In this document: piece after piece, positions 1-11,383 of the stretch
Position numbering within the stretch: the stretch's first letter is position 1
Layout: the number at the start of each line of letters is the position of its first letter
NCBI GenBank assembly: GCA_947631195.1
Contig: CANRKK010000008.1
Span: 1,052 to 65,051 of the forward strand
From: an uncultured Clostridia bacterium
GTDB lineage: Bacteria > Bacillota > Clostridia > Christensenellales > Borkfalkiaceae
Length of the DNA stretch: 64,000 bases
Direction: 5' to 3'
Translations under genes and position numbers: made by a program
The notes under the pieces: model-generated
Database searches by the model: none
What the model saw: only the letters and a program-made list of their open reading frames with translations
What the model was told of the DNA's origin: nothing

Positions 1-1629
<1,629 letters not shown>

Positions 1630-1645
1630 TTGATTTTTCTCCCTT

Positions 1646-3199
1646 TCAAGTTAATATAGCAATGGAGCGCCCCGGCATCTCCAGCGACTGTCCGTCGAAA
1701 GAAATGCTTCCTCTGACGCATATGCTCTGCGCAAGTTCGCCTGCGATCCCCGTCACCGTTTTGGCCGCGTCCGACAGGTTTATCGCGATAGTCACCGTGC
1801 TGTCATTGTACGTCTTTTTGACGATAGCCACGTTGGGATCGGAGTACGTCACCGTTTCGGGCACGCCCCGCATTATCGCGGGGAAGGCGTTGCGCGCATT
1901 GTTGCACAGCTTATAGTAGTTCAAAATGGAATTTTCGTCCGCGAGCTGCTCCTTTACGCCGTCAAAGACGTAGGTGGGAGTTTTTGCACCCGGAGGCGTT
2001 CTCGTCAAGTTGGTTTTTGCGTTGTCCCACAGCATGCCCACCCGCTTGTCGGGGTCGGACGCGCTTCCTATCATTCCTATCTCGTCGCCGTAGTAGGTGA
2101 ACGTGTTGCCGTTATACATTGAGAGCAGGCCGTACGCAAACTTGATTTTATCGGCGTTTCTGCCCATCACTCCCGCTATCCTGCCCACGTCGTGGTTGTC
2201 GAGGAAGGGCGCGGGTATGTATCCGCCCGCTATTTCGTACACCCTCTGTACCGACGACAAATATGTGGCGGCCGATTTTGCGTTTATCGACTTGTTGACG
2301 TATCCGTCAGCGCCGTGCGAGGGGAAGCAGAAAAAGCTGTCCGCGCCGCACTTATAGAATTCGGTGAGCGAGCCCGTGCTCATGCCGTCCCACATTTCGC
2401 CGACAATGTACGCTTCGGGGTTGTACTTTACGGCCGTGTCCTTTATCCAGCCGCAAAAATCCGCGCTCTTCTGTCTTTCGCCCGTGTAGTAGTACAGGCA
2501 GCCGTCGAGGCGGAAGCCGTCCGCGCCCTGTTCCAGCCAGAATTTGATTATGTTGTCAATCTCGGCGCGCACGTCCTCGTTGTCGAGGTTCAAGTCGGGC
2601 ATACCGCCGTCAAACCTGCCCTCGTAGTACACGTTGCCGTTCTTGTGGTAGCCCGTGAGCTGTGTCGCGGAAAAGTTGTACCAGTCCCTGTACTTCGCGT
2701 CCGCGCCCGGCACGCCGTTGCGGCTGTTCACCGCGTTTACGAACCACTGGTTGGAGGAGGCCGTGTGGTTGACCACCAAATCGGTGATTACCTTTATCCC
2801 CCTCTCGTGCGCGGCCTGCGTAAGCTCCCCGAAGTCCTCCAAAGTGCCGTATTTGGAATTTACCTTGTAGTAGTCCCTCACGTCATAGCCGTGGTAGCTG
2901 GGGGAATCGCAGATGGGCATCAGCCATATGCCCGTGTAGCCCATATCGCGTATGTAGTCGAGCTTGGATGTAACGCCGTCTAAATCGCCGTAGCCGTCTC
3001 CGTCCGAATCGCAAAAGGAATACACGAATATCTCGTAGTAGTTGTCGTAGTTGTCGTCCACTATGTTTTCGGCAAGCAGATCGAGCTCCGCCGCGCCCGA
3101 CGGTTCGGCACACGCCCCGAGGGGAACGGCCGCCAAAACCGCCGCGCACACTATACATATTATATATAATAGTCTTTTATATAATAGCCGTTTTTTCAT
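1646..3199 (-). CDS. GH13 alpha-amylase-family lipoprotein (secreted alpha-glucan hydrolase)
   Basis: 517 aa. Signal peptide with lipobox (..AAVPLGAC). GH13 conserved regions DLVVNHTAS, GFRLDG, VGEMWD, FLDNHD. Confidence 0.85.
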   Translation of the reverse strand: MKKRLLYKRLLYIICIVCAAVLAAVPLGACAEPSGAAELDLLAENIVDDNYDNYYEIFVYSFCDSDGDGYGDLDGVTSKLDYIRDMGYTGIWLMPICDSPSYHGYDVRDYYKVNSKYGTLEDFGELTQAAHERGIKVITDLVVNHTASSNQWFVNAVNSRNGVPGADAKYRDWYNFSATQLTGYHKNGNVYYEGRFDGGMPDLNLDNEDVRAEIDNIIKFWLEQGADGFRLDGCLYYYTGERQKSADFCGWIKDTAVKYNPEAYIVGEMWDGMSTGSLTEFYKCGADSFFCFPSHGADGYVNKSINAKSAATYLSSVQRVYEIAGGYIPAPFLDNHDVGRIAGVMGRNADKIKFAYGLLSMYNGNTFTYYGDEIGMIGSASDPDKRVGMLWDNAKTNLTRTPPGAKTPTYVFDGVKEQLADENSILNYYKLCNNARNAFPAIMRGVPETVTYSDPNVAIVKKTYNDSTVTIAINLSDAAKTVTGIAGELAQSICVRGSISFDGQSLEMPGRSIAILT

Positions 3200-3200
3200 T

Positions 3201-4070
3201 TTAACCCTTTACGGAGCCGCCCGTAACGCCCTCCACATAGTAGCGCTGCAACAGGAAGAACAAAATGGTTATCGGCAAGGATATCACCACCGCCCCCGCG
3301 CAGAAACGGGTGAAATACTTGGGCGCGTTTTCGCGCTGGAGCATTTCCCTCAAGCCTACCGCCACGTTGAAATATTTGGTGTTGCCCGAAAAGATAAGCG
3401 AGGCAAACATAAACTCTCCCCACGGCGCCATAAAGGACGTGAGTATGGTATAGATTATTATCGGCTTTGCCAGCGGCAGTATTATCTTTAAAAATACCAC
3501 GTGGCGGCTTGCGCCGTCTATCCGCGCCGCCTCGTCCAGCGAGCGGGGAATGGTGTCGAAGAAACCCTTGCTTATGTAGTAGCCCATGCACGAGCTGCCC
3601 ACGTACACCAGAATCAAGCCGACTATGCCGAAGTCCTGCGTGAGTTTCATAAGTTTCAACAGGAAATACAGCGCCGTCATGGACATGAAGCCAGGGAACA
3701 TTCCCAAAACGAGCATAAGGTTCATCAGCGGCTTGCGCATTTTGAAGCGCAGACGGGAGAGCGCGTAGCTCGTAACCAGCGTTATCGTAGTCTGTATTAT
3801 CGTTACCACTACGGAGATGGTCAGCGTGGTGCCGTACCACCGCCAGAAATCGAAGGGGGTTTTATCGGTGAACAGCTTGATATAGTTGTCGAAAGTTATC
3901 TTTTTGGGCCAGAAATATCCGGGGGTAAGTCCCGGCTCGCCGCGGAGGGACTGCAATATCAAAAAGAAGAAAGGAAACAGCCATATGACGCTTATAACTA
4001 TGAGGATGATATATATCACCGCATTGGTGGTGCGTTCCGCCGCCTTTTTACTGCGTAACTTTTTAGCCAT
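3201..4070 (-). CDS. Sugar ABC transporter permease, MalG-like
   Basis: 289 aa, multi-TM. EAA loop DEAARIDGASRHVVFLKIILPLAKP. 1-nt overlap with the upstream permease gene. Confidence 0.85.
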   Translation of the reverse strand: MAKKLRSKKAAERTTNAVIYIILIVISVIWLFPFFFLILQSLRGEPGLTPGYFWPKKITFDNYIKLFTDKTPFDFWRWYGTTLTISVVVTIIQTTITLVTSYALSRLRFKMRKPLMNLMLVLGMFPGFMSMTALYFLLKLMKLTQDFGIVGLILVYVGSSCMGYYISKGFFDTIPRSLDEAARIDGASRHVVFLKIILPLAKPIIIYTILTSFMAPWGEFMFASLIFSGNTKYFNVAVGLREMLQRENAPKYFTRFCAGAVVISLPITILFFLLQRYYVEGVTGGSVKG

Positions 4071-5602
4071 TACATGAAGTCCTCCTCGTTTTTAACTGCG
4101 TTCGAACGGTTGTACAGCACAAGGGAGATGACAGCCGTAATTATGAACATTATTATGCTTATAACCGAGGCGATCCCGTACAATTTTTGGTCCATAATCA
4201 GTTTGTACAGCCACGTTATCAAGAGGTCGGTCTGTCCCGCCCCGCCCGAGGCGCCCTCAGACATCAGCGGACCGCCGCCCGTCAGAAGGTAGATGACGTT
4301 GAAGTTGTTCAGGTTGCCTATAAACTGCGTTATGAGGTAGGGCGTCGTAACGTGGAGCATGTACGGCAGCGTTATGGTAAAGAATGTCTTTACGGGCCCC
4401 GCGCCGTCTATGCGCGCCGATTCGTACAGGTCCTCGGGTATGTTCATGAGTATGCCCGTCACCATCAGCATGGTAAACGGCACGCCCACCCACATGTTTA
4501 CAAAAATTATAGTTATCTTTGCGATGTTGCCGTCCGAGAGGAAGGGAATAGATTTATCTATCCACCCCCAGTTTTTGAGCATTATGTTTATTATGCCCTC
4601 GTTGTCGAATATCTGCGACATCAGCAACAGGGATATAAACTGCGGCACGGCTATTGTCATTATTAAGATGGTGCGCCACAGCTTTTTGAAACGTATGCCC
4701 TTTTTGTTTATCATTATTGCCACTATGATGCCCACAAGGTAACAGGAAAAAGTGGCAACCACCGCCCAGATTATCGTCCACAGCAAAATCCTGCCGAACG
4801 CGTTGCCGAAGTTGGCCGCGCCCGAAACTTTGCCCGAAAACAGCGCCGCAAAGTTGTCAAACCCAACCCAGTCGAAGAGTTGCATCGGCGGCTGGTGGTT
4901 TACGTCGTAGTTGGTGAACGCCACGAAAATCATAAAGATTATGGGCAGTATGGTGAACACGAGCAGCCCCAAAAGAGGGAGCGCGAGCAGCGTTTTGTGA
5001 TATTGCCCGTCGAGCAGTTCCTTTACGTCGTCGCTCGCGGTGGGGAGTTTGCGCCTTGCCTCCTGCAGTTCCTGCGCGGCATAGCCCGATTTTACGTTTT
5101 CGTACCAAAGGAATACAAAAAATACTATGACGAGCATCGTGAGTATGGAATACAGCAGTATCAGCTGGCTGTTATGCCCCAACACCTGCGGCACCCATGC
5201 GCCCGTCGCTTCGTCGTAGTGTCCGCGTTCGGGAAGCTGATATCCCAGCGACGGGAAAAGCGCGAGCTGGCTCCACCCGAAGCAAACCATGTAAAAAATG
5301 AACGCTATTTCCGACAGAAGGAACAGCGCGCCCCTGACTATCTGTCCGCGCGCCAACTGTGAAAAGCCCATCACGCCGAAAGATACGCGCGTTTTCCAGT
5401 CTCCATTTTTTGCAGCCGTGCCTACGGTGACCCCCGCTCCCTTTATGACGAGCCAAATCCTCAGAAAGAAGGCGGGCAATACGGCCTTGAAAAAGCCGAT
5501 AAATTTTTGGGGAATACTCTTGAAAAAGTACGTGAAGTTATAAGCAAACTTTTGCAGCGCGGTCTTTTTCAAGTATTCCAATTCGGAAATTCTTTCAGTC
5601 AT
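4070..5602 (-). CDS. Sugar ABC transporter permease, MalF-like with long N-terminal extension
   Basis: 510 aa, multi-TM. EAA loop YESARIDGAGPVKTFFTITLP. Confidence 0.85.
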   Translation of the reverse strand: MTERISELEYLKKTALQKFAYNFTYFFKSIPQKFIGFFKAVLPAFFLRIWLVIKGAGVTVGTAAKNGDWKTRVSFGVMGFSQLARGQIVRGALFLLSEIAFIFYMVCFGWSQLALFPSLGYQLPERGHYDEATGAWVPQVLGHNSQLILLYSILTMLVIVFFVFLWYENVKSGYAAQELQEARRKLPTASDDVKELLDGQYHKTLLALPLLGLLVFTILPIIFMIFVAFTNYDVNHQPPMQLFDWVGFDNFAALFSGKVSGAANFGNAFGRILLWTIIWAVVATFSCYLVGIIVAIMINKKGIRFKKLWRTILIMTIAVPQFISLLLMSQIFDNEGIINIMLKNWGWIDKSIPFLSDGNIAKITIIFVNMWVGVPFTMLMVTGILMNIPEDLYESARIDGAGPVKTFFTITLPYMLHVTTPYLITQFIGNLNNFNVIYLLTGGGPLMSEGASGGAGQTDLLITWLYKLIMDQKLYGIASVISIIMFIITAVISLVLYNRSNAVKNEEDFM

Positions 5603-5623
5603 AAATCACCTGCATTTACCGAA

Positions 5624-5652
5624 TTTTGGGGCAAAATAACTTTGCCCCAAAA
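5624..5652 (-). promoter_or_regulatory. Intercistronic stem-loop between the binding-protein and permease genes
   Basis: Perfect 12-bp inverted repeat ttttggggcaaa / tttgccccaaaa with a 5-nt loop, in the 74-nt gap between CDS 5677..6948 and 4070..5602. No U-tail on either strand, so probably an mRNA stability or processing element rather than a terminator. Confidence 0.35.
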
Positions 5653-5676
5653 ACGTCGGTATGTTATTTTTTTAAA

Positions 5677-6948
5677 TCAGCTGACTGCGGTAAGGTCGGA
5701 AATCAATGTCTCCAGACGCTTCTGTAATAACTCATAGGTGAAGCTTCCCTTGTCAACCCACTCGATTACCTGCGTGCCGAAGGATTCCATAGACGACCAG
5801 TAGCTGCTGGGCATGGGATTCTGGGTTACGGAATAGCCGTCGAACTGCTTGTTTATGGCCGCAAGCGCGATGTTGTTCTTTACTTTGTCGAGGGCGGCAA
5901 CCTTCTTGTTGGAAGGGCCTACTTCAACCGCGTCGAACCTCTTTTCCTGCATAGCTTCGCTTGAAAGGTATGCCGCGAGCTGCTGTGCCTTTTCAACGTC
6001 TCCGAAGTTGGGGTTTACGCCGTACAGCTTGTAGCCTGCAAAGGACTTCCAGCTGTATGTGCGGCCGTCGAGCGAGCTTACGTGGTCGGGCAGACGGGTG
6101 GCGGCATAATGGTCGCCCAAGTAATCTCTGAGCATGGTTGCGTTCCACGTGCCGGTTATAACCGCGCCGAGTTTGTCTTTGCCTATGTACGTGCTTACAA
6201 CCTTGTCGTCACCGTTCACAAGCGCGTCGTGTTTGGCGAGGTCGTACAGGGCCTGGCCGCCTATCTCGGCGATGGTGTAAGTGTCGCTTGCCGCGCCGTT
6301 GATATCGATCGCCTTCTTGTCGAAGTTGGTGTTTATTTTCTGCGCCAATGCGCCGTTCCACTCAACTTCGTAGGTGCCGCCCGCGCCGTACATAAACGAA
6401 CCTACATACCAGCCCGTGCCTACCTGATATATCATGTATTTGCCGGCGTCTTGGCATGCGTCGAGCACTTCGCCCAGCTTCATGTCTTCTCTTATAATGG
6501 AGCTGTCGTAGTACATAAAGAAGCCGTTGTCCGCCTGGTACGGATAGCCGTAGTACTTGTCGCCTATCTTGCCCGCTTCTACCGATTCGGCGGTGTTGTC
6601 GGCCTTAATCTTTTCTACGGCGCTTTGGGGAAGCTCGGCAAGCGCGCCCATGCTGTAGAGGTCGATGAGCTGGTCGTTGGCGTATGCGTAAACGGCCGCG
6701 CCCGTGGTGGGATCTTTTTCGAGATTGCTCTTCGCGTCGCCCTCGCCGACTACGCCGAACTCGAATTCATATCCGAAATCGGGGTTTTCTTCAAGGAACT
6801 GCGCGCACATTTGCTGCAAAACTTCCTGCTGCGCGGAAGGGCCCCAGACCAACATCTTTTTGCTACCGCCTCCGCAGGCCGAAAGCCCCATCACGGTTCC
6901 TGCGGTCAATGCGCCGCATGCAAGTAGAGAGATAATACGTTTTTTCAT
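5677..6948 (-). CDS. Extracellular solute-binding lipoprotein (maltodextrin/sugar ABC transporter, MalE-like by context)
   Basis: Start moved to ATG 6948 (MKKRIISLLACGALTAGTVMGLSAC, lipobox LSAC, GGAGG upstream). The track start at 7098 reads through a repeat element. Assigned by context with the MalF/G-like permeases. Confidence 0.8.
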   Translation of the reverse strand: MKKRIISLLACGALTAGTVMGLSACGGGSKKMLVWGPSAQQEVLQQMCAQFLEENPDFGYEFEFGVVGEGDAKSNLEKDPTTGAAVYAYANDQLIDLYSMGALAELPQSAVEKIKADNTAESVEAGKIGDKYYGYPYQADNGFFMYYDSSIIREDMKLGEVLDACQDAGKYMIYQVGTGWYVGSFMYGAGGTYEVEWNGALAQKINTNFDKKAIDINGAASDTYTIAEIGGQALYDLAKHDALVNGDDKVVSTYIGKDKLGAVITGTWNATMLRDYLGDHYAATRLPDHVSSLDGRTYSWKSFAGYKLYGVNPNFGDVEKAQQLAAYLSSEAMQEKRFDAVEVGPSNKKVAALDKVKNNIALAAINKQFDGYSVTQNPMPSSYWSSMESFGTQVIEWVDKGSFTYELLQKRLETLISDLTAVS

Positions 6949-7006
6949 TTTTTCCTCCAAAATTTTATAAAATCGCACTTTGCGTGCTAAAAATTTTTTG
7001 TTTGTG

Positions 7007-7180
7007 TTCACAAAAATTTTCGTGTGGTTGCGCACACTCAAATTTTTCGTGATCTGAGGGCTTCTCGCCCTCTGCCTGCGATTTTTAAGTGCCCACAATT
7101 ATATAATCGCAGGCATTCACCCCGCCGAGGCGCAGGTATGCGCAAATTGGGTGCGCCGGCGCAGGGAAACCCTGCTTGCG
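7007..7180. repeat. Dispersed intergenic repeat, family B (inverted orientation relative to 11003..11381)
   Basis: ttcacaaaaattttcgtg...gagggcttctcgccctc...ctgcgat..atataatcgcag...gcgcaggtatgcgcaaatt... aligns by eye with the reverse complement of 11199..11381 and with 13906..14066. Confidence 0.75.
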
Positions 7181-7190
7181 CCGTTTATTA

Positions 7191-7310
7191 TTTTAAATAG
7201 TTGCAACGCAAGTTAAGGCTTGTCATTTCGAACGATATGAGCCCCACGCAGTGGGCGATTGAGTGAGAGAATCCCCCCGTGGGTTGCTCTTGGCTGTTTG
7301 AAACGGCAAT
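7191..7310. repeat. Dispersed intergenic repeat, family A
   Basis: ...gtcatttcgaacgatatgag[ccccacgcagtgggc]gattgagtgagagaatccccccgtgggttgctcttggctgtttg recurs at 10437..10568. There the internal hairpin is replaced by acccgctgaaagcgggc. Confidence 0.75.
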
Positions 7311-7451
7311 CAAAATTTTCTTTTTGGTCGCTCCGAGCGTTACAACCTCAACTTCCGTTAGCCATTCATTCCGCTGAGCGCTACAAACCGTTTCAAATAA
7401 TTCACAAAAAGTTCGCGCAGCGACTTTTTTTTCACCGATAACATTTTTTTC

Positions 7452-7487
7452 GGGGCAGGCCGCAAGGTCTGCCCCCCTTTATTTTTG
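7452..7487 (+). terminator. Intrinsic-terminator-like hairpin oriented for the plus strand
   Basis: 10-bp stem ggggcaggcc/ggtctgcccc with GCAA tetraloop, followed by cctttattttt. The U-tract exists only on the plus-strand transcript, and no plus-strand CDS lies upstream. Confidence 0.4.
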
Positions 7488-7537
7488 GAACAAAAATAAA
7501 GGCGTGTATTCAAAATTTTTGGTGTTTTACCTTCGGC

Positions 7538-9043
7538 TCAACGCGCCCTGCCGCTTACTTTGGCAAGGCCGCACAGCCACTGCTGCACGCGGGGGGTAAA
7601 ATCCCCTTTTTCAAAGCGGAACGACCAGTTTTTGTTTGACACGGTGGAGGGCAGGTTTATCCTCGCCTCGCCGCCGAGCGCCAACAGATCCCAATAGGGA
7701 ATAATGGCCGTCTTTGCCACGGACTTAAACGCAAGCTCCACTACGCTCAAGCACATGCTCTCCGCCGAGGAGACATCGGCCTCAAAGCCCGCAAGCCTGC
7801 ACTCTTTTTTTAAGTCCTCTTTGTATATTTCAAGCTGCCGCCCGCCCAAATCTTCTATGTATTGCCTGAGCGGCATATTGTCGTGCGTGCCCGTATAGCA
7901 CACGTAATTTTCGGTGTAGTTGGAGGGTTTGTGCTCGTTGTCGGCAGTGCCGTCAAAGGCAAACTCCAGAATCTTCATTCCGGGATATCCGACGTTTTTC
8001 ATCAGCCGTCTGACGCCGTCGTCTATAACCCCCAAATCTTCCGCCACTATGTTATAGTCCAACTTGTCTGCAAACAGCTCCTCCTTGGGGCCGTCGCACC
8101 AATGCCCGTTGCGGGCCGTCGTTTCGCCCACGGGCACTTCGTAGTATCTGTCAAACCCGCGGAAGTGGTCTATCCTCAAAATATCGAACAGCTTAAGGCA
8201 GTTGTCTATGCGCCTGTTCCACCACTCGTAGCCGTTCTTTTTCATCTTTTCCCAGTCGTACACGGGATTTCCCCAAAGCTGCCCGTCGTCCGTAAAGGCG
8301 TCAGGCGGAACGCCGGCTACGCACTTCAACCGCCGCTCGCCGTCGAGCTTGAACAGCCTGTCTCCGTACTTCCATACTTCGAGGCTGTCGTAAGCGACGT
8401 ACAGGGGGATATCCCCCATGATCTTTACGCCGCGGCTGTGTGCGTAGGCTTTTAAGGCGTCCCACTGATGGAGAAAAATATATTGCGTAAACTGCCAAAA
8501 CTCAAACTCAAAGGCGTTTACACGGATAAACTCGTCAATTACTTTTTGGTCGTACGTCTTGTACTCTTCGTCCCACCCGTCAAAGGGCCTGTGGCCGAAC
8601 TTGCATTTAAGCGCCATGAACACGGCAAACTCGGCGTATTCGCCGCGGTTTACAAACTCCCTGAATTCGCCGCAATCGCGGTTGAAGCGCGAAAAGGCCT
8701 TTCTTAGCAGCGCTACCTTGTTTGCAAACTGCGCGCCGTAGTCCACCCTGCGCAGATCCCCGAAAAGATATGTCCCGCGGATTTCGTCCGCGCAGAGCAA
8801 CCCCTCCTTTTCCAACTCCTCCAAATCAATAAAATAGTAGTTGAGCGCGTTTGCGCAGCACGACGAATAGGGGCTGTCGCCGTAGTTGGTGGGATTTAAG
8901 GGCAATACCTGCCATATTGTCCCGCCAGATGATGACAGGAAATCAACAAAGCGGTAAGCCTCTGCTCCGAGTGTTCCTATGCCCTCGCCCGAAGGCAGGC
9001 ACGAAACCGGCATCAGTAAGCCGTAGTTCCTGTTTTTTTCCAT
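7538..9043 (-). CDS. malQ: 4-alpha-glucanotransferase (amylomaltase, GH77)
   Basis: 501 aa. GH77 hallmarks PLNPTNYGDSPYSS, LRIDHFRGF, IVAEDLGVI, TGTHDN. Confidence 0.9.
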   Translation of the reverse strand: MEKNRNYGLLMPVSCLPSGEGIGTLGAEAYRFVDFLSSSGGTIWQVLPLNPTNYGDSPYSSCCANALNYYFIDLEELEKEGLLCADEIRGTYLFGDLRRVDYGAQFANKVALLRKAFSRFNRDCGEFREFVNRGEYAEFAVFMALKCKFGHRPFDGWDEEYKTYDQKVIDEFIRVNAFEFEFWQFTQYIFLHQWDALKAYAHSRGVKIMGDIPLYVAYDSLEVWKYGDRLFKLDGERRLKCVAGVPPDAFTDDGQLWGNPVYDWEKMKKNGYEWWNRRIDNCLKLFDILRIDHFRGFDRYYEVPVGETTARNGHWCDGPKEELFADKLDYNIVAEDLGVIDDGVRRLMKNVGYPGMKILEFAFDGTADNEHKPSNYTENYVCYTGTHDNMPLRQYIEDLGGRQLEIYKEDLKKECRLAGFEADVSSAESMCLSVVELAFKSVAKTAIIPYWDLLALGGEARINLPSTVSNKNWSFRFEKGDFTPRVQQWLCGLAKVSGRAR

Positions 9044-9067
9044 AACCGAATATATTAACTGTGTATT

Positions 9068-9122
9068 TGTCGAAAATTTATTAACTCGTTTTCGAAAATA
9101 TTATACCATATTTTTCGCAAAT
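9068..9122. promoter_or_regulatory. Candidate LacI-family operator sites (TTTTCGAAAA palindrome) in the malQ / regulator divergent region
   Basis: Perfect ttttcgaaaa at 9090-9099. Imperfect copies ttgtcgaaaa (about 9069-9078) and ttttcgcaaa (9113-9122). The same 10-mer recurs upstream of the lipoprotein pullulanase (20475..20584). Confidence 0.3.
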
Positions 9123-9202
9123 GTCAATAGGAAAAATATATAAAATAATAAAAATTTTCAGAAATTGTAAATTGTTTTCAATGCGATTTAAGCTAAAACA
9201 GC

Positions 9203-9231
9203 TTGACACAATCGGGCCTTATATATATAAT
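9203..9231 (+). promoter_or_regulatory. Consensus sigma-A-type promoter for the LacI-family regulator
   Basis: TTGACA (9203-9208), 17-nt spacer, TATAAT (9226-9231), about 40 nt upstream of ATG 9273. Confidence 0.5.
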
Positions 9232-9272
9232 TTGGTATAACTAAAATACAATAGATACAATCGGAGAATTTT

Positions 9273-10256
9273 ATGACAATAAAAGAGATCGCCGAAGCTC
9301 TGAATATTTCGATAAGCACCGTATCCAAAGCTCTGAACGACGCCACCGATATTGCCGAAGAAACGAAGGCCACCGTAAGACAGTACGCCGAAAGCATAGG
9401 ATATCCGATGAAATCGAAAAACAAAGACTCGCGCCGCATTCTGGTTATGTATGAACGCGTGGACACCGATATCCGCAACCATGTTTTTGCGCAGGTTGTT
9501 TCGTCCTTTACCGACGTTGCCGTGCGCAACAACTATGAAGTTATAATCGACACCGTGTCCACAAAGCCCGACGATTTTGAGTTGGAGAGCTATCTGCGCC
9601 AAAACAATTTTTGCGCGGCCTTTATTATGGGAATGAACTTCAGAAGCCCCATATACGGGCAGCTTAAAAAGACCTCGGTGCCCCTCGTGTTGCTGGACAA
9701 CCGCGTGTCCAACTGCCCCCTTATCTCCTCCGTTTCCAGCGAGAACGCCGCCGCGATTATCATAGCCATGCGGCACCTTCAGAAGCTCGGGCACACGAAT
9801 ATAGGGTTTTTGATGGGCGAAAAGGACTCGCTTGTTTCCGCCGAGCGGCTTGCGGGCTATATTTTGGGACTTGCGCAGGCGGGGCAGGACTTTAAAAACG
9901 AATACGTCTACTACGGCGATTTTACGAGGGAAGCGGGCGAACACGCCGCAAAATTCTTCTGCGAAACCAACGTTACGGCAGTTATATGCTGTTCGGACAT
10001 AATGGCGATAGGGCTTATAGACGGGCTTGCCGCCGCAGGCAAAAAGGTGCCCGACGACATCTCGGTTATGGGCTTTGACGACTTGAGTATTCTGAAATTC
10101 ACGCCCTATAACCTGACCACGATGAAACAGGACTACGGTCAGATGGGCGAGCGCGCCTTTATGCAGATCCGCGAGATGCTCGGCGGCAGACAGTCCCAAA
10201 ACGTATATCTCCCCTGCACCCTCGTCGAGCGCAGCTCGATTAAACAATTGGTATAA
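9273..10256 (+). CDS. LacI-family transcriptional regulator (likely maltodextrin locus repressor)
   Basis: 327 aa. N-terminal HTH MTIKEIAEALNISISTVSKALN and a periplasmic-binding-protein-like core. Divergent from malQ. Confidence 0.9.
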   Translation: MTIKEIAEALNISISTVSKALNDATDIAEETKATVRQYAESIGYPMKSKNKDSRRILVMYERVDTDIRNHVFAQVVSSFTDVAVRNNYEVIIDTVSTKPDDFELESYLRQNNFCAAFIMGMNFRSPIYGQLKKTSVPLVLLDNRVSNCPLISSVSSENAAAIIIAMRHLQKLGHTNIGFLMGEKDSLVSAERLAGYILGLAQAGQDFKNEYVYYGDFTREAGEHAAKFFCETNVTAVICCSDIMAIGLIDGLAAAGKKVPDDISVMGFDDLSILKFTPYNLTTMKQDYGQMGERAFMQIREMLGGRQSQNVYLPCTLVERSSIKQLV

Positions 10257-10272
10257 ATATAGACATATTTTA

Positions 10273-10315
10273 AGCGGCGGGCGCGAATTTTCGCGCCCGC
10301 CGCTATTATTTTGTT
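10273..10315 (+). terminator. Rho-independent terminator after the LacI-family gene
   Basis: 14-bp GC-rich stem agcggcgggcgcga/tcgcgcccgccgct, 4-nt loop, then attattttgtt. Confidence 0.7.
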
Positions 10316-10373
10316 AACAATATTGGGGGGGTGGGCGGGACAAAATAAAAAAGAAAAATTATTATTATGGTTA

Positions 10374-10432
10374 CTCCCACCCGTCGACTGCGTCGCCACC
10401 CTCCCCCGTTGACACGGAAGAGGGCAAGGTTT
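10374..10432. repeat. Dispersed intergenic repeat, family C (inverted copy of 14291..14346)
   Basis: ctcccacccgtcgactgcgtcgccaccctcccccgttgacacggaagagggca is about 85-90% identical by eye to the reverse complement of 14291..14346. Confidence 0.7.
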
Positions 10433-10436
10433 AGGG

Positions 10437-10568
10437 TTAACTTGCGTTGCAACTATTTAAAATGTTTTACGGCGCAAGTTAAGCCGTGTCATTTCGAACG
10501 ATATGAGACCCGCTGAAAGCGGGCGATTGAGTGAGAGAATCCCCCTGTGGCTGCTCTTGGCTGTTTGG
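10437..10568. repeat. Dispersed intergenic repeat, family A (second copy)
   Basis: See 7191..7310. It additionally begins with ttaacttgcgttgcaactatttaaaa, the reverse complement of 7191-7216. Confidence 0.75.
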
Positions 10569-11002
10569 AATAGTAACCTTAAATTACTTCGACCAATCCA
10601 CGAGGGGACGAGCGCGGACTTCTCAAAACAGCACAGTGCGCTGTTTTGCCGCGCGAGATGAGTGCGCGCATAGTGCAAGGCGCGCACGGTGTCGTACCGA
10701 AGGCGCCAGCCTTACCGAACACGGCGTTGCCCTTACGCCGTGTGAGAGACCTCGCGCTCCGCCCTCTGCCGTTTCCCAAAGGGAGCCCTCGGCAGGGCAG
10801 CGGCGGCGAAGCCGCCTCGCGCGGAATGACACGTTTCATCAAACCGCGTACATGTATTTAAAAGTCGCTGTGCGACAGATTCTTCGTCGGGCTGTGCCCG
10901 ACTCAGAATGACAAGAGAAGGAAAGGTCCCTCGCGCGGAATGACAGAAAAAGGAAGGAATGACACAGAGTAAGTTGCGGTGATATTATTTTAAAATAATT
11001 TA

Positions 11003-11381
11003 TGGTGCAAGCAAGCTACGCTTGCGCTAGCACGACACAATTTGCGCATACCTGCGCCTGAGCGAGGTGAATGTCTGCGATTATGTAATATGTGCGCCCC
11101 TAAAAATAGCGCAAAGGGCGGCAGAGCCGCCCTAACTCACGAAAAATCGCAACGCCCGCAATGGCGCGAGATTTTTGTGAACCTTTCTAAAATAATCAAC
11201 GTTGCAAGCAGGGTTTCCCTGCGCCGCAAGACACAATTTGCGCATACCTGCGCCTCGGCGGTGGGAATTTGCGCCATTATATAATATGTGCGCCCCTAAA
11301 AATGGCGCAAAGGGCGGCAGAGCCGCCCAAAATCACGAAAAATTTGAGTGCGCGCAACCGCACGAAAATTTTTGTGAACTT
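11003..11381. repeat. Two tandem direct copies (about 196-bp period) of intergenic repeat family B
   Basis: Copies 11003-11182 and 11199-11381 share acacaatttgcgcatacctgcgcc...atatgtgcgcccctaaaaat.gcgcaaagggcggcagagccgcc...tttttgtgaac. The element abuts the pullulanase stop codon (11384). Confidence 0.8.
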
Positions 11382-11383
11382 TT

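Noticed and set aside
5677-7098. Longer N-terminal extensions suggested by the ORF track: 7098 start for the binding protein, and the MEAKM.. TTG starts at 17493 and 20433
   Set aside because: The extensions precede obvious signal peptides and translate the RBS region itself (TTGGAGGCAAAAATG) or a repeat element. The internal ATGs have GGAGG at the proper spacing.
9219-10247. 342-aa minus-strand ORF opposite the LacI-family regulator
   Set aside because: Antisense shadow. The plus-strand frame has a canonical HTH, a consensus promoter and an RBS.
11003-11381. Possible CRISPR array
   Set aside because: There are only two tandem copies of a unit of about 180-196 bp with internal palindromes. 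There is no 25-40-bp repeat/spacer periodicity, no unique spacers and no cas genes in the window.
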